64,000 bases of DNA from a virus (IMGVR_UViG_3300046674_000485:15734-79733); one strand, 5' to 3'. Numbered from the stretch's first letter, positions 1 through 9,008 are shown. Numbers and translations are program-made. Notes: generated by a model from the letters alone, not told the origin.

Positions 1-90
1 GAGAACGACGACTTCGACAAGGCCGACGTCGACGCAGCCGCCCGCCTGGGCAAGTCCTTCGACGTCCGCATCGTCGACAACGCATCATGA
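1..90 (+). CDS. C-terminal end of an upstream gene (partial; 5' end outside window)
   Basis: frame-1 is open from the window edge to TGA 88-90; GC3-rich codons; stop overlaps next start (ATGA). Confidence 0.4.
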   Translation, partial: ENDDFDKADVDAAARLGKSFDVRIVDNAS

Positions 91-347
91 GCAAGGCGCC
101 ACCCGTCAAGGACCGCCCGAAGTGCCCGGCGTGCAGCAGGCCGCTGAAGCCCAACATGACGCCGCGCTTCTGGAGCGACCCGGAGCGCCGCGCCATCGAG
201 CCGTCGAAGTGGACCGGCACCTACAAGCGCTACGGCGCCTTCTGCACGCTGACCTGTTGCGATGCCTACGCCAACGAGATGTACAAGCGCCACGGCACGA
301 CCTTCGTCGTCGCCAGGATCTCCCTTCAAACCAAGGAGCCTCAGTGA
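87..347 (+). CDS. small Cys-rich hypothetical protein (CPAC...CTLTCC), 86 aa
   Basis: ORF track 87..347; ATG overlaps upstream stop; high GC3; CxxC pairs suggest metal binding. Confidence 0.55.
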   Translation: MSKAPPVKDRPKCPACSRPLKPNMTPRFWSDPERRAIEPSKWTGTYKRYGAFCTLTCCDAYANEMYKRHGTTFVVARISLQTKEPQ

Positions 348-652
348 CCACAGCGACCCCCACCCTCTCCCCCTCGCGCGCCAGGGCGAAGCAGCGCTAC
401 CTCGACTGGCTGCGATCCGAGTCGGGCCTGAGCTTCGGCGACTGGCTGAAGAACGGCGGCGACCCGGAGCCGGACCACTACTGCACCAGCTGCGCCGGCA
501 CCGGCATGGGGCGCTACGAGGGCGGCCACTGCACCAGCTGCCACGGCACCGGCGACAGCAGCCATGTCCCGCGGATGCGGCGCTGCGACGACGAGGAGCC
601 GGCCAGCCACGAGGAGTACCTCGAGCGGCGCGGTCGGCGTTTTTTTGGCTGA
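344..652 (+). CDS. zinc-finger protein with two DnaJ-type CxxCxGxG motifs (CTSCAGTG, CTSCHGTG), 102 aa
   Basis: GTG 344 overlaps previous stop (GTGA); same frame as ORF 122..652; motifs read from translation. Confidence 0.55.
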   Translation: MTTATPTLSPSRARAKQRYLDWLRSESGLSFGDWLKNGGDPEPDHYCTSCAGTGMGRYEGGHCTSCHGTGDSSHVPRMRRCDDEEPASHEEYLERRGRRFFG

Positions 653-655
653 GCT

Positions 656-727
656 GCCAACATTTCTTTGTTTGGCTCGTTGCGCTGCGGTTGGATCTTG
701 TGCATAATCAAGCCTCAACAACAGGAG
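656..727 (+). promoter_or_regulatory. early promoter/operator copy 1
   Basis: GCCAACATTTCTTTGTTTGGC at 656-677, TTGGATCTTGTGCATAATCA at 691-710 and CTCAACAACAGGAG RBS box; near-identical copy sits at 1736-1780. Confidence 0.5.
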
Positions 728-735
728 ATCGCCGC

Positions 736-1188
736 ATGAAAGTCTCTCGCGCGCCCAACGGCATGCTGACCTACCGCTACTCGACCGGCCGGGGCGGCAT
801 GTCGTTCGCCTTCACCATGCTGTGCGAGGTGGGCCAGCCCTACCAGTCGGCAGCCAAGGCCCAGCTGGACGCCCTGCGCAGCCAGGGCTACGTCATCGAG
901 ACCCGCAACCTCGAGGCGAAGCCCTGGGTCGCCGACTTCGCGGTGAAGCCCAAGGTCGCCAGCCAGAGTGATCGCAACGCAAACCTGCTGGCCGCCCTGG
1001 GCGACCGCCTCGTGATGGTCTCGGTGGGCGAGCCCAAGCCCAAGGGCGCCATCGTCGCGCCGCTCTCGGTCATCTGCCCGGGCCACAAGTTCGGCCTGCT
1101 GGACGACGGCATGGGCGAGCTGGCCCGCGTGCCGGCCGATGCCTGGGCCGCCGCGCACTACCACGCAACCACCGGAGTCTCATCGTGA
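736..1188 (+). CDS. hypothetical protein, 150 aa
   Basis: in-frame ATG 736 of ORF 262..1188, preceded by AGGAG; the 262 start would run through the promoter element. Confidence 0.6.
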   Translation: MKVSRAPNGMLTYRYSTGRGGMSFAFTMLCEVGQPYQSAAKAQLDALRSQGYVIETRNLEAKPWVADFAVKPKVASQSDRNANLLAALGDRLVMVSVGEPKPKGAIVAPLSVICPGHKFGLLDDGMGELARVPADAWAAAHYHATTGVSS

Positions 1189-1400
1189 ACAAGTCCACCG
1201 CCCGCGAAGTGGCGACCATCAAGACGTTCGCCGCGTCCAAGGCCGCCGACCAGCGCACCTATGCAGCACGCACCCTGGCCGTGCTGCTGCGCGCCTGCAA
1301 GCGCAGCGACAAGCCCGTCCTCGAGGGGCTGATCGATTCCTGCGGCCTGCGCGGCCTGCTGCGCCAGGAGAACGGCGCCTGGGTGGCGGTCGACGTATGA
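1185..1400 (+). CDS. hypothetical protein, 71 aa
   Basis: ORF track; GTG overlaps upstream stop (GTGA); GC3-rich. Confidence 0.5.
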   Translation: MNKSTAREVATIKTFAASKAADQRTYAARTLAVLLRACKRSDKPVLEGLIDSCGLRGLLRQENGAWVAVDV

Positions 1401-1708
1401 GCAACATCGTCCTGACCCCGCACACCGCCCTGGTGAACGGCCGCATGACCGGCTTGGCCGGCTGCTCCCTGGTGCATCAGTCGCAGTGCCAGAGCGCCGC
1501 CACCTGCCTGCGCGCCGACCCGAAGCTGGCGCGCCCCGTCTACCCCGAGCCCGCCAAGCGGTCGATGGTGCAGCGCTGCTCGCAGTTCATCCCTGGGCCG
1601 ATTGGCCACGGAGCGCACGCCGCCAGCAAGAAGCTGGCCCGCCCCTGCAGCGCGCACGACCAGCTCGCCGGCGGCGTCTGCGGCAACTGCCTTTACCGCG
1701 AACCCTGA
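1397..1708 (+). CDS. Cys-rich hypothetical protein, 103 aa
   Basis: ATG 1397 overlaps stop (ATGA); frame of ORF 1139..1708; 8 Cys residues. Confidence 0.5.
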   Translation: MSNIVLTPHTALVNGRMTGLAGCSLVHQSQCQSAATCLRADPKLARPVYPEPAKRSMVQRCSQFIPGPIGHGAHAASKKLARPCSAHDQLAGGVCGNCLYREP

Positions 1709-1728
1709 CCGCTTTCGGTTGACTCGCC

Positions 1729-1800
1729 AACATTTCTTTGTTGTTATGCTTGCGAGTATGTTGGTTCTTGTGCATAATCAGGGGCTCGCAAATACCTCCA
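1729..1800 (+). promoter_or_regulatory. early promoter/operator copy 2
   Basis: TTGACT 1729-1734; GCCAACATTTCTTTGTTG 1736-1753; TTGGTTCTTGTGCATAATCA 1761-1780; AAGGAAA RBS before GTG 1811. Confidence 0.5.
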
Positions 1801-1810
1801 AGGAAACCCC

Positions 1811-2503
1811 GTGAACCGAGTTCTCAAACGATCCACCCTGGCCGCGCTGATCTCAGCCTGCCTGCTTGCCGCATGTGGCGGCGGTGGATCCCCTGCATCG
1901 AGCCTCCCCGCGGTCGCCACCTCGGCGCCGGCCAAGCCCACGGCGGCGAGGAGTGAGCCGCCGGCCAAGGCGGACGCCTGCTCGGTGTACTTCTGGGGCG
2001 ACTCGATCTCGGCCCTGACGGCGCCGCGCCTGGGCGCCACCCTGAAGCTGAAGACCCACGGCGTGGTCGGCGGCACCGCCCTGGCCGCGCAGACCGCTCT
2101 CCTGCAGGATGAGCTCGTGGCCCGGTTCGTCGTGATCGAGTACGGCACGAACGACGCCAACAGCCTCGCCCCCTTCGAGCCCGCGATGCGCGCGATGCTG
2201 GAGCGCATCAAGGCGGTCGGCCGCACGCCGGTGGTGGTCGGCCTGTCGAACGCGACGGTCGGCGAGCTGGCCGTGCATGCGAACTACAACCTGATCGCGA
2301 AGTCGCTGGCGAGTGAGTACGGCGCGCTGTTCGTCGACTGGGCCGCGGTGCCCTGGTCGCCGGCCGACCTGATGGCAGACGGCGTGCACCCGGCCGACGC
2401 CTACCAGCAGCGCCTCGCAGACCAGCTGACCCAGGTCATCGTCGACGCAGCGCCCGAGTGCGCGCCGGCCGCCCCCATCATCAACCCAGAGGATCCATCA
2501 TGA
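1811..2503 (+). CDS. SGNH/GDSL-family hydrolase lipoprotein
   Basis: signal peptide with lipobox LLAAC; FWGDSIS (GDS block), EYGTNDA (GxND) and DGVHP (DxxH) blocks in order. Confidence 0.75.
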   Translation: MNRVLKRSTLAALISACLLAACGGGGSPASSLPAVATSAPAKPTAARSEPPAKADACSVYFWGDSISALTAPRLGATLKLKTHGVVGGTALAAQTALLQDELVARFVVIEYGTNDANSLAPFEPAMRAMLERIKAVGRTPVVVGLSNATVGELAVHANYNLIAKSLASEYGALFVDWAAVPWSPADLMADGVHPADAYQQRLADQLTQVIVDAAPECAPAAPIINPEDPS

Positions 2504-2943
2504 CCAAGCACGTGTTCACCGTCGTCGGCCGCGGCGACTTCCCCATCGACATGCTGCGCTACGACGAGTGCAAGTTCGCCACTGACGCGGACGAGACCGC
2601 GGCCGGCATCGGCTACATCTCCGGCCGGCGCAGCGTCACCGTGATCAGCGAGACGAAGCGCCCCACCCCCGCCCGGTGGGAGTCGTACGGCTGGATCGTC
2701 CAGGGCCACACGGGTCGCATCGATGCGGCGCCCAAGTACCCAGGCCTGAAGGTCCGCGTCCTCGTCGGCGCCCAGGCGGCCTACGCCTGCATCAGCACGA
2801 CCACCATCAGCCTGGACGTCATGCTGCACGGCGCCATGGGTGCACCCGCCTCACTGCGCCGCAGCGCCCAGGAGATGCGCGACAAGGCTGCCCAGCTGGT
2901 CGCGCGCGCCGAGCTGATCGAAGCCGCGGAGCGCCTTCTGTGA
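2500..2943 (+). CDS. hypothetical protein, 147 aa
   Basis: ATG 2500 after GAGGA; overlaps upstream stop; frame of ORF 2458..2943. Confidence 0.55.
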   Translation: MTKHVFTVVGRGDFPIDMLRYDECKFATDADETAAGIGYISGRRSVTVISETKRPTPARWESYGWIVQGHTGRIDAAPKYPGLKVRVLVGAQAAYACISTTTISLDVMLHGAMGAPASLRRSAQEMRDKAAQLVARAELIEAAERLL

Positions 2944-3179
2944 GCAAGTCAGACGCAGCCGGCGACGTCATCGAGCTCGCGCTCGAGATCGCCTGCTGGC
3001 CACCAGCCAGCCCAGACAAGTACGCCCGCTATGCCTACGTCGACTGGGAGCTGATCCGCCGACTGCGCGCCCGGCTCGAGCTGGCCGGCATCGACTGGCG
3101 CAAGCTCAAGAAAGACATCGCGGCCGAGCGCCGCGGCATCCCCTTCCAACCCATCACCATCACCCCGGAGAAGCAGTGA
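2940..3179 (+). CDS. hypothetical protein, 79 aa
   Basis: GTG 2940 overlapping stop (GTGA); frame of ORF 2676..3179. Confidence 0.45.
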   Translation: MSKSDAAGDVIELALEIACWPPASPDKYARYAYVDWELIRRLRARLELAGIDWRKLKKDIAAERRGIPFQPITITPEKQ

Positions 3180-4009
3180 GCACCACCACCCCAACCCCGC
3201 CGGCGCTCGAGCCGCTGGAGGCCCAGATCATCGAGTTCGCCCGCAAGAACGACATGCTCGCCGAGGTCTGCCACTTCGTCGACTACGACCCCGACGTCGG
3301 CCGAGTGCCCGAGCACTGGCGCGTGCGCTATCAGGTCATGGCGATCGCGCGGGCCCTGGCCCGGCCGGATCCGTACCGCGAGCACTTGGCGAAGCAGGCC
3401 GAGGGCATCGAGCAGGAGCGCCTGCAGCGGTGCTTGACGCTGATGGGCAGCGCATCTGCCGGCGCCGGCCAGGAGGGCTTTGCAGCATGCCTCGCCGAGA
3501 ACGTGAACCGCCTGACGCGGGCCGTCGATTCGCACCTCGCCTCCTCCTTCGTGCAGCGCATGGCCACGGTTGCGCTCGATGCCAGTCGAGATCCCGTGCA
3601 GCCGCAACCCGCAGCGGTGCCGCTGTCCTCGATGCCAGAGCTGCAGGCCGCCGTCGCCGCGGGCTTGGCCGACGGGTCGCTGGTGCCGCAAGGTGCGCAG
3701 GCGATGAACCCCTGGAAGCCCGACGACAACGAGCTGCAGGCCCGCCGCATCGGCAAGTCGCTCGAGGAGCTCGGCGAACTGGTCGGCGTCCTGGCGCGCA
3801 TCAGCATCCAGGGCATGGATGCCATCGACCCGGCGAGCGGCAAGACCAACCGCGTCCGCATGGCCGAGGAGACGGCCGACGTCATGGCCCAGATCGAGTG
3901 CAACATCGTGGCGTTCGGCATGGACCGTCAGGTCTTGCACCTGCGCGAGCTGCGCAAGCGCCGGCAGATGGCCGAGTGGGAAGCGCTGCTCACGGGAGCC
4001 CAGGCATGA
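3176..4009 (+). CDS. protein with C-terminal MazG-like NTP-pyrophosphohydrolase domain
   Basis: C-terminus LEELGELVGVL...MAEETADVMAQIECNIVAFGMD matches MazG EExxE/EExxD helices; GTGA overlap start. Confidence 0.55.
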   Translation: MSTTTPTPPALEPLEAQIIEFARKNDMLAEVCHFVDYDPDVGRVPEHWRVRYQVMAIARALARPDPYREHLAKQAEGIEQERLQRCLTLMGSASAGAGQEGFAACLAENVNRLTRAVDSHLASSFVQRMATVALDASRDPVQPQPAAVPLSSMPELQAAVAAGLADGSLVPQGAQAMNPWKPDDNELQARRIGKSLEELGELVGVLARISIQGMDAIDPASGKTNRVRMAEETADVMAQIECNIVAFGMDRQVLHLRELRKRRQMAEWEALLTGAQA

Positions 4010-4827
4010 GCACCCCCAAGAACGTCGCGCTGCTGCGGCAGCTCATCGCCCGGTCGATCGCCGACAGCAACACCATCGGCGACTACGACACCTACCGCGA
4101 GACGGCCCGGCTGCAGGCCGAGCTCGAGGAGATCCTGGCGCCGGACATCAGCAAGCTCGAGGAGATCCGCCAAGTCCTGGCCGCGGTGCACTCCGAGCAC
4201 GAGCGCTTCGGCGGCCGGTTCCCCGATGGCTTCAACTCCCGTGTGTTCGTCTGGCTGCGCGACACCGTGTGCCAGCAGCCCGCCCCAGGCACGCCGGCCC
4301 CGGCCGTCGAGCTCGACACCTTCGAGTGCTACAGCACCAGCGGCGAGGACTACAGCCAGGACACCCTGGGCGAGGCGCTCGCCGATCTCGAACCCGGCGA
4401 CACCCTCCACATCGGCACGGCCGTGCGCCGCCTGCCGAGCGCCTTCTTCCACGTCGACACCCTGCTCGACAACATGGGAGATGCCGCGAGCGACGAGGCC
4501 GGAGAGCACGCCGACGGCTTCCCCAATCTGCCGAAGGACAAGATCGCCGACCTCAAGAGAATGGTCGGCAGCTGGCTCGACGCCAACCTGACCGTCGACT
4601 TCTGGACGGTGCGCAACACCCGCGAGGTGACCGTCACCCAGGCGATGATCGACAGCGGCGACCTCCAAGATCAGGATCTGCCCGAGGGCGTCTTCGATCG
4701 CGACGGCAAGCACTTCGCAACCTGCGTCGGCTGCGAACGCGACACCGAGATCCTGTGCGACATCCGCGAGATCCCGGCCACCGATTACCGACACTACTGC
4801 GGCGGCGGCCCACGCTGCTGCCCCTGA
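4006..4827 (+). CDS. hypothetical protein with Cys-rich C-terminus, 273 aa
   Basis: ATG 4006 (ATGA overlap); frame of ORF 3430..4827; ends CVGCERD...CGGGPRCCP. Confidence 0.55.
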   Translation: MSTPKNVALLRQLIARSIADSNTIGDYDTYRETARLQAELEEILAPDISKLEEIRQVLAAVHSEHERFGGRFPDGFNSRVFVWLRDTVCQQPAPGTPAPAVELDTFECYSTSGEDYSQDTLGEALADLEPGDTLHIGTAVRRLPSAFFHVDTLLDNMGDAASDEAGEHADGFPNLPKDKIADLKRMVGSWLDANLTVDFWTVRNTREVTVTQAMIDSGDLQDQDLPEGVFDRDGKHFATCVGCERDTEILCDIREIPATDYRHYCGGGPRCCP

Positions 4828-4832
4828 TCATC

Positions 4833-5540
4833 ATGACAATCATCCACAGACTCAAGACCGACCCCACCCCCTTCGAGGCCGTGCACACCGGCAAGAAGAC
4901 CTTCGAGATCCGCGCCAACGATCGCGGCTTCCAAGTCGGCGACGCGCTGCGCCTGCTCGAGACGAAGTACTCTGGCGCCCAGATGCGCGACGGCCTGCCG
5001 CTCGAATACACCGGCCGAGAGATGCTGCGCACCATCTCGCACGTGCTCGAGGGCTATGGCCTGCAGCCGGGCTGGTGCATCCTGTCGCTGGCCCCGTTGC
5101 CCCAGGTTCCCGCTGGCTGTCGCCTGCTGCCGCTCGAGCCGGTGGCCGAGATGATCGGCGCCATGGCCTCGACCGATGCAACCGGCAACATCAACGGCGT
5201 GCCCAGCCTGGGCATCGTCGGCGCCACCCAGGCCTATGCCCAGCTGATGGAGCTGGCCATCGAGGCGACCGAGTACCAGCCCAGGATGACACTCGATGCA
5301 TGCCAGCTGCGGCATGCGGCCGAGTTTGCAGCGGCGGACTACGAGATGGAAGAGGACCAGCGCGGCACCGAGATGACGTTCCAGCGCCTGCCGGTCCCGG
5401 CCATCGGCACCGACGGCGACGAGATGCCGGCCGGCATGTACTGCTGGTACACCGAGTATCCCGAGGAGGGTGCGCTGCACCTCGAGACCTACGACGAGAT
5501 CCAGGCACGCTTGGCATCGGCCTCCGCCCCACAATTCTGA
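4833..5540 (+). CDS. DUF3850/ASCH-like N-terminal domain fused to unknown C-terminal region
   Basis: MTIIHRLKTDPTPFEAVHTGKKTFEIRANDRGFQVGD matches DUF3850 signature; in-frame ATG 4833 of ORF 3819..5540. Confidence 0.55.
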   Translation: MTIIHRLKTDPTPFEAVHTGKKTFEIRANDRGFQVGDALRLLETKYSGAQMRDGLPLEYTGREMLRTISHVLEGYGLQPGWCILSLAPLPQVPAGCRLLPLEPVAEMIGAMASTDATGNINGVPSLGIVGATQAYAQLMELAIEATEYQPRMTLDACQLRHAAEFAAADYEMEEDQRGTEMTFQRLPVPAIGTDGDEMPAGMYCWYTEYPEEGALHLETYDEIQARLASASAPQF

Positions 5541-5545
5541 CCACC

Positions 5546-6310
5546 ATGGCACACCTCAAGTCCCAAACTTTTCAGCGCGCCAACAAGGCCGGCGAGCAGC
5601 TGGTGTTCAACAGCACGGTCACCGTCGACAGCGATGGCATCTTCGCCTGGACGATCCCCGACGAGCTGGCCGAGAGTGCCGAGAAGATGGCGCGTGCGCG
5701 CCCCTCGTCGGCGCCCTGCGTGCGGGTCTGGAAACCGAAGACCCACTGGCGGGTGACGTGCGCCACGCTGGACGGCGGCGACGGCTTCATCCGCGCTGCG
5801 ATGGACGACTACCTCGCGGTCGAGATCCACACCGAGCGAGTGATCGTCTACGCTCACGACTGCAAGGTCTGCTATTCGGAGGCGCTCGATGGATCGCTGC
5901 ACCCGAACGGATACTTCGCCGAGAAGGAGCCCGGCAAGGCCAAGCACGGCGGCAAGCTGCACGCCACCGAGCACTCGCGCTATTTCTGCGTCGGCATCTT
6001 TGCGCGCGTCTACGACCGGGTCACCTACATCCGCCCGGCCAGCCAGAAGATCGAACTGAAGCGCGTCGGCTTTGACATCTACGACAAGAGCCCTGCAGCC
6101 CGGCTCAACGCCTTCATCGGGCTGTCGCTCGATGCCAACGAGCGCACGCCCTACATGCCCTACACCGACGAGGCCGCCGACTTCTTCACGAACATGATGA
6201 CCGGCATGTGCGAGCTCGCGCGAAAGCTGGATGACTTCCTGGGCGATCGCGAGAAGCTCGAGCTGGCCATCAGCCGGCAGGCCCTGCTCCTGGGCGCGCC
6301 GGCTGCATGA
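5546..6310 (+). CDS. hypothetical protein, 254 aa
   Basis: ATG 5546 in frame of ORF 5075..6310; GC3-rich. Confidence 0.55.
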   Translation: MAHLKSQTFQRANKAGEQLVFNSTVTVDSDGIFAWTIPDELAESAEKMARARPSSAPCVRVWKPKTHWRVTCATLDGGDGFIRAAMDDYLAVEIHTERVIVYAHDCKVCYSEALDGSLHPNGYFAEKEPGKAKHGGKLHATEHSRYFCVGIFARVYDRVTYIRPASQKIELKRVGFDIYDKSPAARLNAFIGLSLDANERTPYMPYTDEAADFFTNMMTGMCELARKLDDFLGDREKLELAISRQALLLGAPAA

Positions 6311-6600
6311 TGCCGACCGACGCCGAGATCATTGCGCTGCGCAAGGAGTGCTTCGGCGGCCGCTTCGGGGCGCCGGCGCGCACGCCCTGGGGCGACACGC
6401 TGAAGTTCGCCAGGGCGCTGCTCGAGCGCTACGGCAGGACCGACCTGACGCCGGACCAGATCGACGCCATCCTCCTGGCCGCCGGCAGCACCGGGGAGAA
6501 GCAGGTGTGGTTCACCCGGCCGGAGGCGCGGCGCGCCGTGATCGCTGCTGCTAGGCCAGCAGATCCGCAGGCGTCTTGCCCGCAGCCAGCGCAGCCTTGA
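6307..6600 (+). CDS. hypothetical protein, 97 aa
   Basis: ORF track; ATGA overlap; 3' 50 nt overlap the convergent H-NS-like gene. Confidence 0.4.
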   Translation: MMPTDAEIIALRKECFGGRFGAPARTPWGDTLKFARALLERYGRTDLTPDQIDAILLAAGSTGEKQVWFTRPEARRAVIAAARPADPQASCPQPAQP

Positions 6601-6907
6601 ACCACTCGGGCCTCTTGCCCATCCCGCCCCAGGCATTGCCGCTCTCGTCGCGGTACTTGATGGGGCGGCCTGCCTTTGCCGGCGGCTTGGCGGACTTGGC
6701 CCGCTCGATGGCTGCCCTGGCGATCGCCGGCGCCGTGCCGCGCTTGGTCTTGCGCCCGAAGATGTCGACCTCCGTCAGCCCGTAGTGGGCGACGGCCTCC
6801 TTGATCTTGGCGATCACCTCCGCCGCCTCGCTCTTGCGCAGCACCTCGGCCTGGGCCTGCAGTTGCGCGATCTGTTTCTGAAGCTGGGCCAGGGTCGTCT
6901 GTGCCAT
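6551..6907 (-). CDS. H-NS-family nucleoid-associated protein (betaproteobacterial BpH3-like)
   Basis: 118 aa: N-terminal coiled coil MAQTTLAQLQKQIAQLQ; C-terminal RPIKYRDESGNAWGGMGKRPEWF DNA-binding motif; only the last 118 codons of ORF 6551..7624 are real. Confidence 0.8.
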   Translation of the reverse strand: MAQTTLAQLQKQIAQLQAQAEVLRKSEAAEVIAKIKEAVAHYGLTEVDIFGRKTKRGTAPAIARAAIERAKSAKPPAKAGRPIKYRDESGNAWGGMGKRPEWFKAALAAGKTPADLLA

Positions 6908-6944
6908 GGGAAAGTACCTATTACGTTGAAAGGCGCAGAGGATA

Positions 6945-6963
6945 CCAACATAAATCCGTTGGC
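6945..6963. promoter_or_regulatory. operator-like inverted repeat CCAACATAAATCCGTTGGC
   Basis: same GCCAAC...GTTGGC family as other early promoters; sits in the divergent region between the H-NS-like gene and the gene at 7004. Confidence 0.45.
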
Positions 6964-7003
6964 CTGCTAACATGACGTTACAACCACCATCGGAGAAGAC
7001 GCC

Positions 7004-7207
7004 ATGAAGAAGATCCTCGCCGCCGCCCTCCTGGCGCTCGCCGCCTCCCAGGCCTTCGCCGTCACGGCGTTCTGGAATGGGCAGATCCAGTTCGTGACGA
7101 CCGTCTCCTATCAGCAGGGCGTGCGCTGCGGCTACACCTACCCAGGCGGGACCGTCACCCAGGTCTTCATCGGCGGCACCTGCCCCAACCAGATCGAAGT
7201 CCAGTAG
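7004..7207 (+). CDS. small secreted protein, 67 aa
   Basis: ORF track; N-terminal signal peptide MKKILAAALLALAASQAFA; RBS GGAGAAG. Confidence 0.55.
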   Translation: MKKILAAALLALAASQAFAVTAFWNGQIQFVTTVSYQQGVRCGYTYPGGTVTQVFIGGTCPNQIEVQ

Positions 7208-7224
7208 CCCCGGCCACCCCAGCG

Positions 7225-7251
7225 AAGCGCCCACCCCGGGCGCTTTTTTTT
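7225..7251 (+). terminator. rho-independent terminator
   Basis: AAGCGCCC-ACCCC-GGGCGCTT hairpin followed by an 8-T run. Confidence 0.7.
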
Positions 7252-7260
7252 CGCGCGCTC

Positions 7261-7345
7261 GCAACTTTCTGTTGTTGCGCCAATGAAAAGTGTTGACTCC
7301 CATTTGGTTCATGTGCAGAATCAAACCCGTCAACAACTTGTTGGC
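7261..7345 (+). promoter_or_regulatory. early promoter/operator copy 3
   Basis: GCAACTTTCTGTTGTTGC palindrome; TTGACT 7293-7298, 17 nt spacer, CAGAAT; TGTGCAGAATCA box; GTCAACAACTTGTTGGCGCAACAACAGGAAG. Confidence 0.55.
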
Positions 7346-7363
7346 GCAACAACAGGAAGATTC

Positions 7364-7645
7364 ATGCAGGCCATCACCACCAAGTACTTCGGCCCGACCA
7401 ACACCCGGGGCGCGCGCATCAAGGCGAGCTGCCCAGCGGGTTCCGTATCGGTCCCCTACGACGACGAGCTGAACACCGAAGAGATGCACACCGCGGCCTT
7501 CAAGGTACTGGTCGCGAAGCTCGGCTGGACCACCCCGAGCTACGGCAACTGGTTCATCGGCGGCACCCAGGCCGGATACGTCTTCGTCGCCTCCGGCCGC
7601 GAAGGCATCGGCGCCGGCTCGCACTTCACCTATCAGGTCGCCTGA
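7364..7645 (+). CDS. hypothetical protein, 93 aa
   Basis: internal ATG 7364 of ORF 7283..7645 after AGGAAG; the upstream part of that ORF is the promoter region. Confidence 0.55.
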   Translation: MQAITTKYFGPTNTRGARIKASCPAGSVSVPYDDELNTEEMHTAAFKVLVAKLGWTTPSYGNWFIGGTQAGYVFVASGREGIGAGSHFTYQVA

Positions 7646-7647
7646 TC

Positions 7648-8043
7648 ATGGACTCCCTCAACGTCGGCCTGGACGACCGCGTCTCCGTCTTCGCCATCTG
7701 CCAAGCGCATCAACAGCTCGAGTCCGACTACAACCACGGCGGCTGGTTGCGCGAGCGGCCCAGCAACCAGCGCCGCAAGGAGTCCACCGGCTGCCAGCTG
7801 CTGCGCCTGAAGTTTGAGTCGCGCAGCTGGTGGGTGGAGATCTGCCAGGAGGTCGACCCCGACGTCGGCTGCGACCCAGACGACGATGCCGTGCGGGACA
7901 TCTACCTGTACAACGTGCTGAAGTGGGGCCTGCCAATCGACGCCGAGATGATGGCCTTCATCAAGGCCCGGTACGTCGAGTCGTTCTGGTCGAAGTACCC
8001 GCAGTGCCAAGGGATCGACTACCTCCAGGGTCGCGCGCCGTGA
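7648..8043 (+). CDS. hypothetical protein, 131 aa
   Basis: ORF track; 3-nt gap after upstream stop; GC3-rich. Confidence 0.55.
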   Translation: MDSLNVGLDDRVSVFAICQAHQQLESDYNHGGWLRERPSNQRRKESTGCQLLRLKFESRSWWVEICQEVDPDVGCDPDDDAVRDIYLYNVLKWGLPIDAEMMAFIKARYVESFWSKYPQCQGIDYLQGRAP

Positions 8044-8216
8044 CCACCGCCCAACTGGTGCACCACCTGCTGCACGACCTGATCGGCGATGCGCGCATGG
8101 CCAAGGGCTCGACCAGGGCGCACCTGCTGCGCCAGATCTGCCAGCTGTACAAGGCCCGCCACACCGTGCGCCTGGACCGATTCGGCTGGCCGATCCTCCC
8201 AGGCTGGAGCAGGTAG
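8040..8216 (+). CDS. hypothetical protein, 58 aa
   Basis: GTG 8040 (GTGA overlap); frame of ORF 7830..8216. Confidence 0.4.
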   Translation: MTTAQLVHHLLHDLIGDARMAKGSTRAHLLRQICQLYKARHTVRLDRFGWPILPGWSR

Positions 8217-8218
8217 CC

Positions 8219-8443
8219 ATGGCACGAGACAGAGGCATCCACCTCGCCAAGGAGCTGATCGCCGCCGCAGGCCTGACTGCCGACGAGATCAGCGTCACCA
8301 AGAAGAGCGCGGTGCGCGCCATCGTCCGAGCACCGGACGGCCGCACCGAGCTGCAGTTTTTCCCCGGCACCCCCAGCGATTGGCGGGGGCGCCACAACAA
8401 GCTGGCACTGCTTCGGCGGTTCCGCGAAGGCCCAACCCAATGA
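8219..8443 (+). CDS. hypothetical protein, 74 aa
   Basis: ORF track; GC3-rich. Confidence 0.5.
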   Translation: MARDRGIHLAKELIAAAGLTADEISVTKKSAVRAIVRAPDGRTELQFFPGTPSDWRGRHNKLALLRRFREGPTQ

Positions 8444-8820
8444 CCCTATCCCACGCCCAGATCATGAACGTCAACACCACCTTCCTCGCACCCGTCGCGG
8501 CGATGAGCGCGCCCCTTCCGCGCGACGCCCAGGCGCTGCAGCTCATCAACGTGCAGCGCCGCTATGCCGACAAGCCCGGCGCCCTGCCCGACCTCGAGGA
8601 GCGCGAGCAGCTGCAGCCCGGCAACTGGGTGCTGCTCGTGGTGCGCGACTACCCCGTCGAGAAGAACGTCGGCGTGCACATCACCGAGCGCCGCGGCGAC
8701 GGCAGCTACACCGGCATCACCCTGGCCTCGACGTACGCCGTCGGCCGCGGCACCCAGATCACCTTCGGCCCCGAGCACATCCTGCAGCTGGACACCCTGG
8801 TCGAGGAGCTCGCATCGTGA
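8440..8820 (+). CDS. hypothetical protein, 126 aa
   Basis: ATG 8440 (ATGA overlap); frame of ORF 8089..8820. Confidence 0.5.
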   Translation: MTLSHAQIMNVNTTFLAPVAAMSAPLPRDAQALQLINVQRRYADKPGALPDLEEREQLQPGNWVLLVVRDYPVEKNVGVHITERRGDGSYTGITLASTYAVGRGTQITFGPEHILQLDTLVEELAS

Positions 8821-9008
8821 CCGAGGTCCGCGTGAAAGTCGCCGGCCGCGAGTACGTAGTGACGAACTTCAACGGGCACCGGAAAGTGCTGGCGGTTTGC
8901 CGGCGCCGCTGCAACAACGGGCGCATCACCGAGTCCCTGCGCTTCATGCGCGCAGGGTCCGCGCTCTCGCTCGCCGCCATTGCCCAGGCCGACAGGAGTG
9001 CATCGTGA
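8817..9008 (+). CDS. hypothetical protein, 63 aa
   Basis: ORF track; GTGA overlap. Confidence 0.4.
   Translation: MTEVRVKVAGREYVVTNFNGHRKVLAVCRRRCNNGRITESLRFMRAGSALSLAAIAQADRSAS

Noticed and set aside
640-652. T-run GGCGTTTTTTTGG as a terminator after gene 344..652
   Set aside because: The T-run lies inside the coding sequence (RRFFG-stop) and no stable GC hairpin precedes it.
262-1188. 308-aa ORF 262..1188 and other long track ORFs such as 6551..7624, 17506..18744, 3819..5540 and 3430..4827
   Set aside because: Their 5' portions are Arg/Pro/Ala-rich off-frame translation overlapping real genes in other frames. Only the 3' segments starting at internal ATG/GTG codons with RBS or stop-start overlap look coding.
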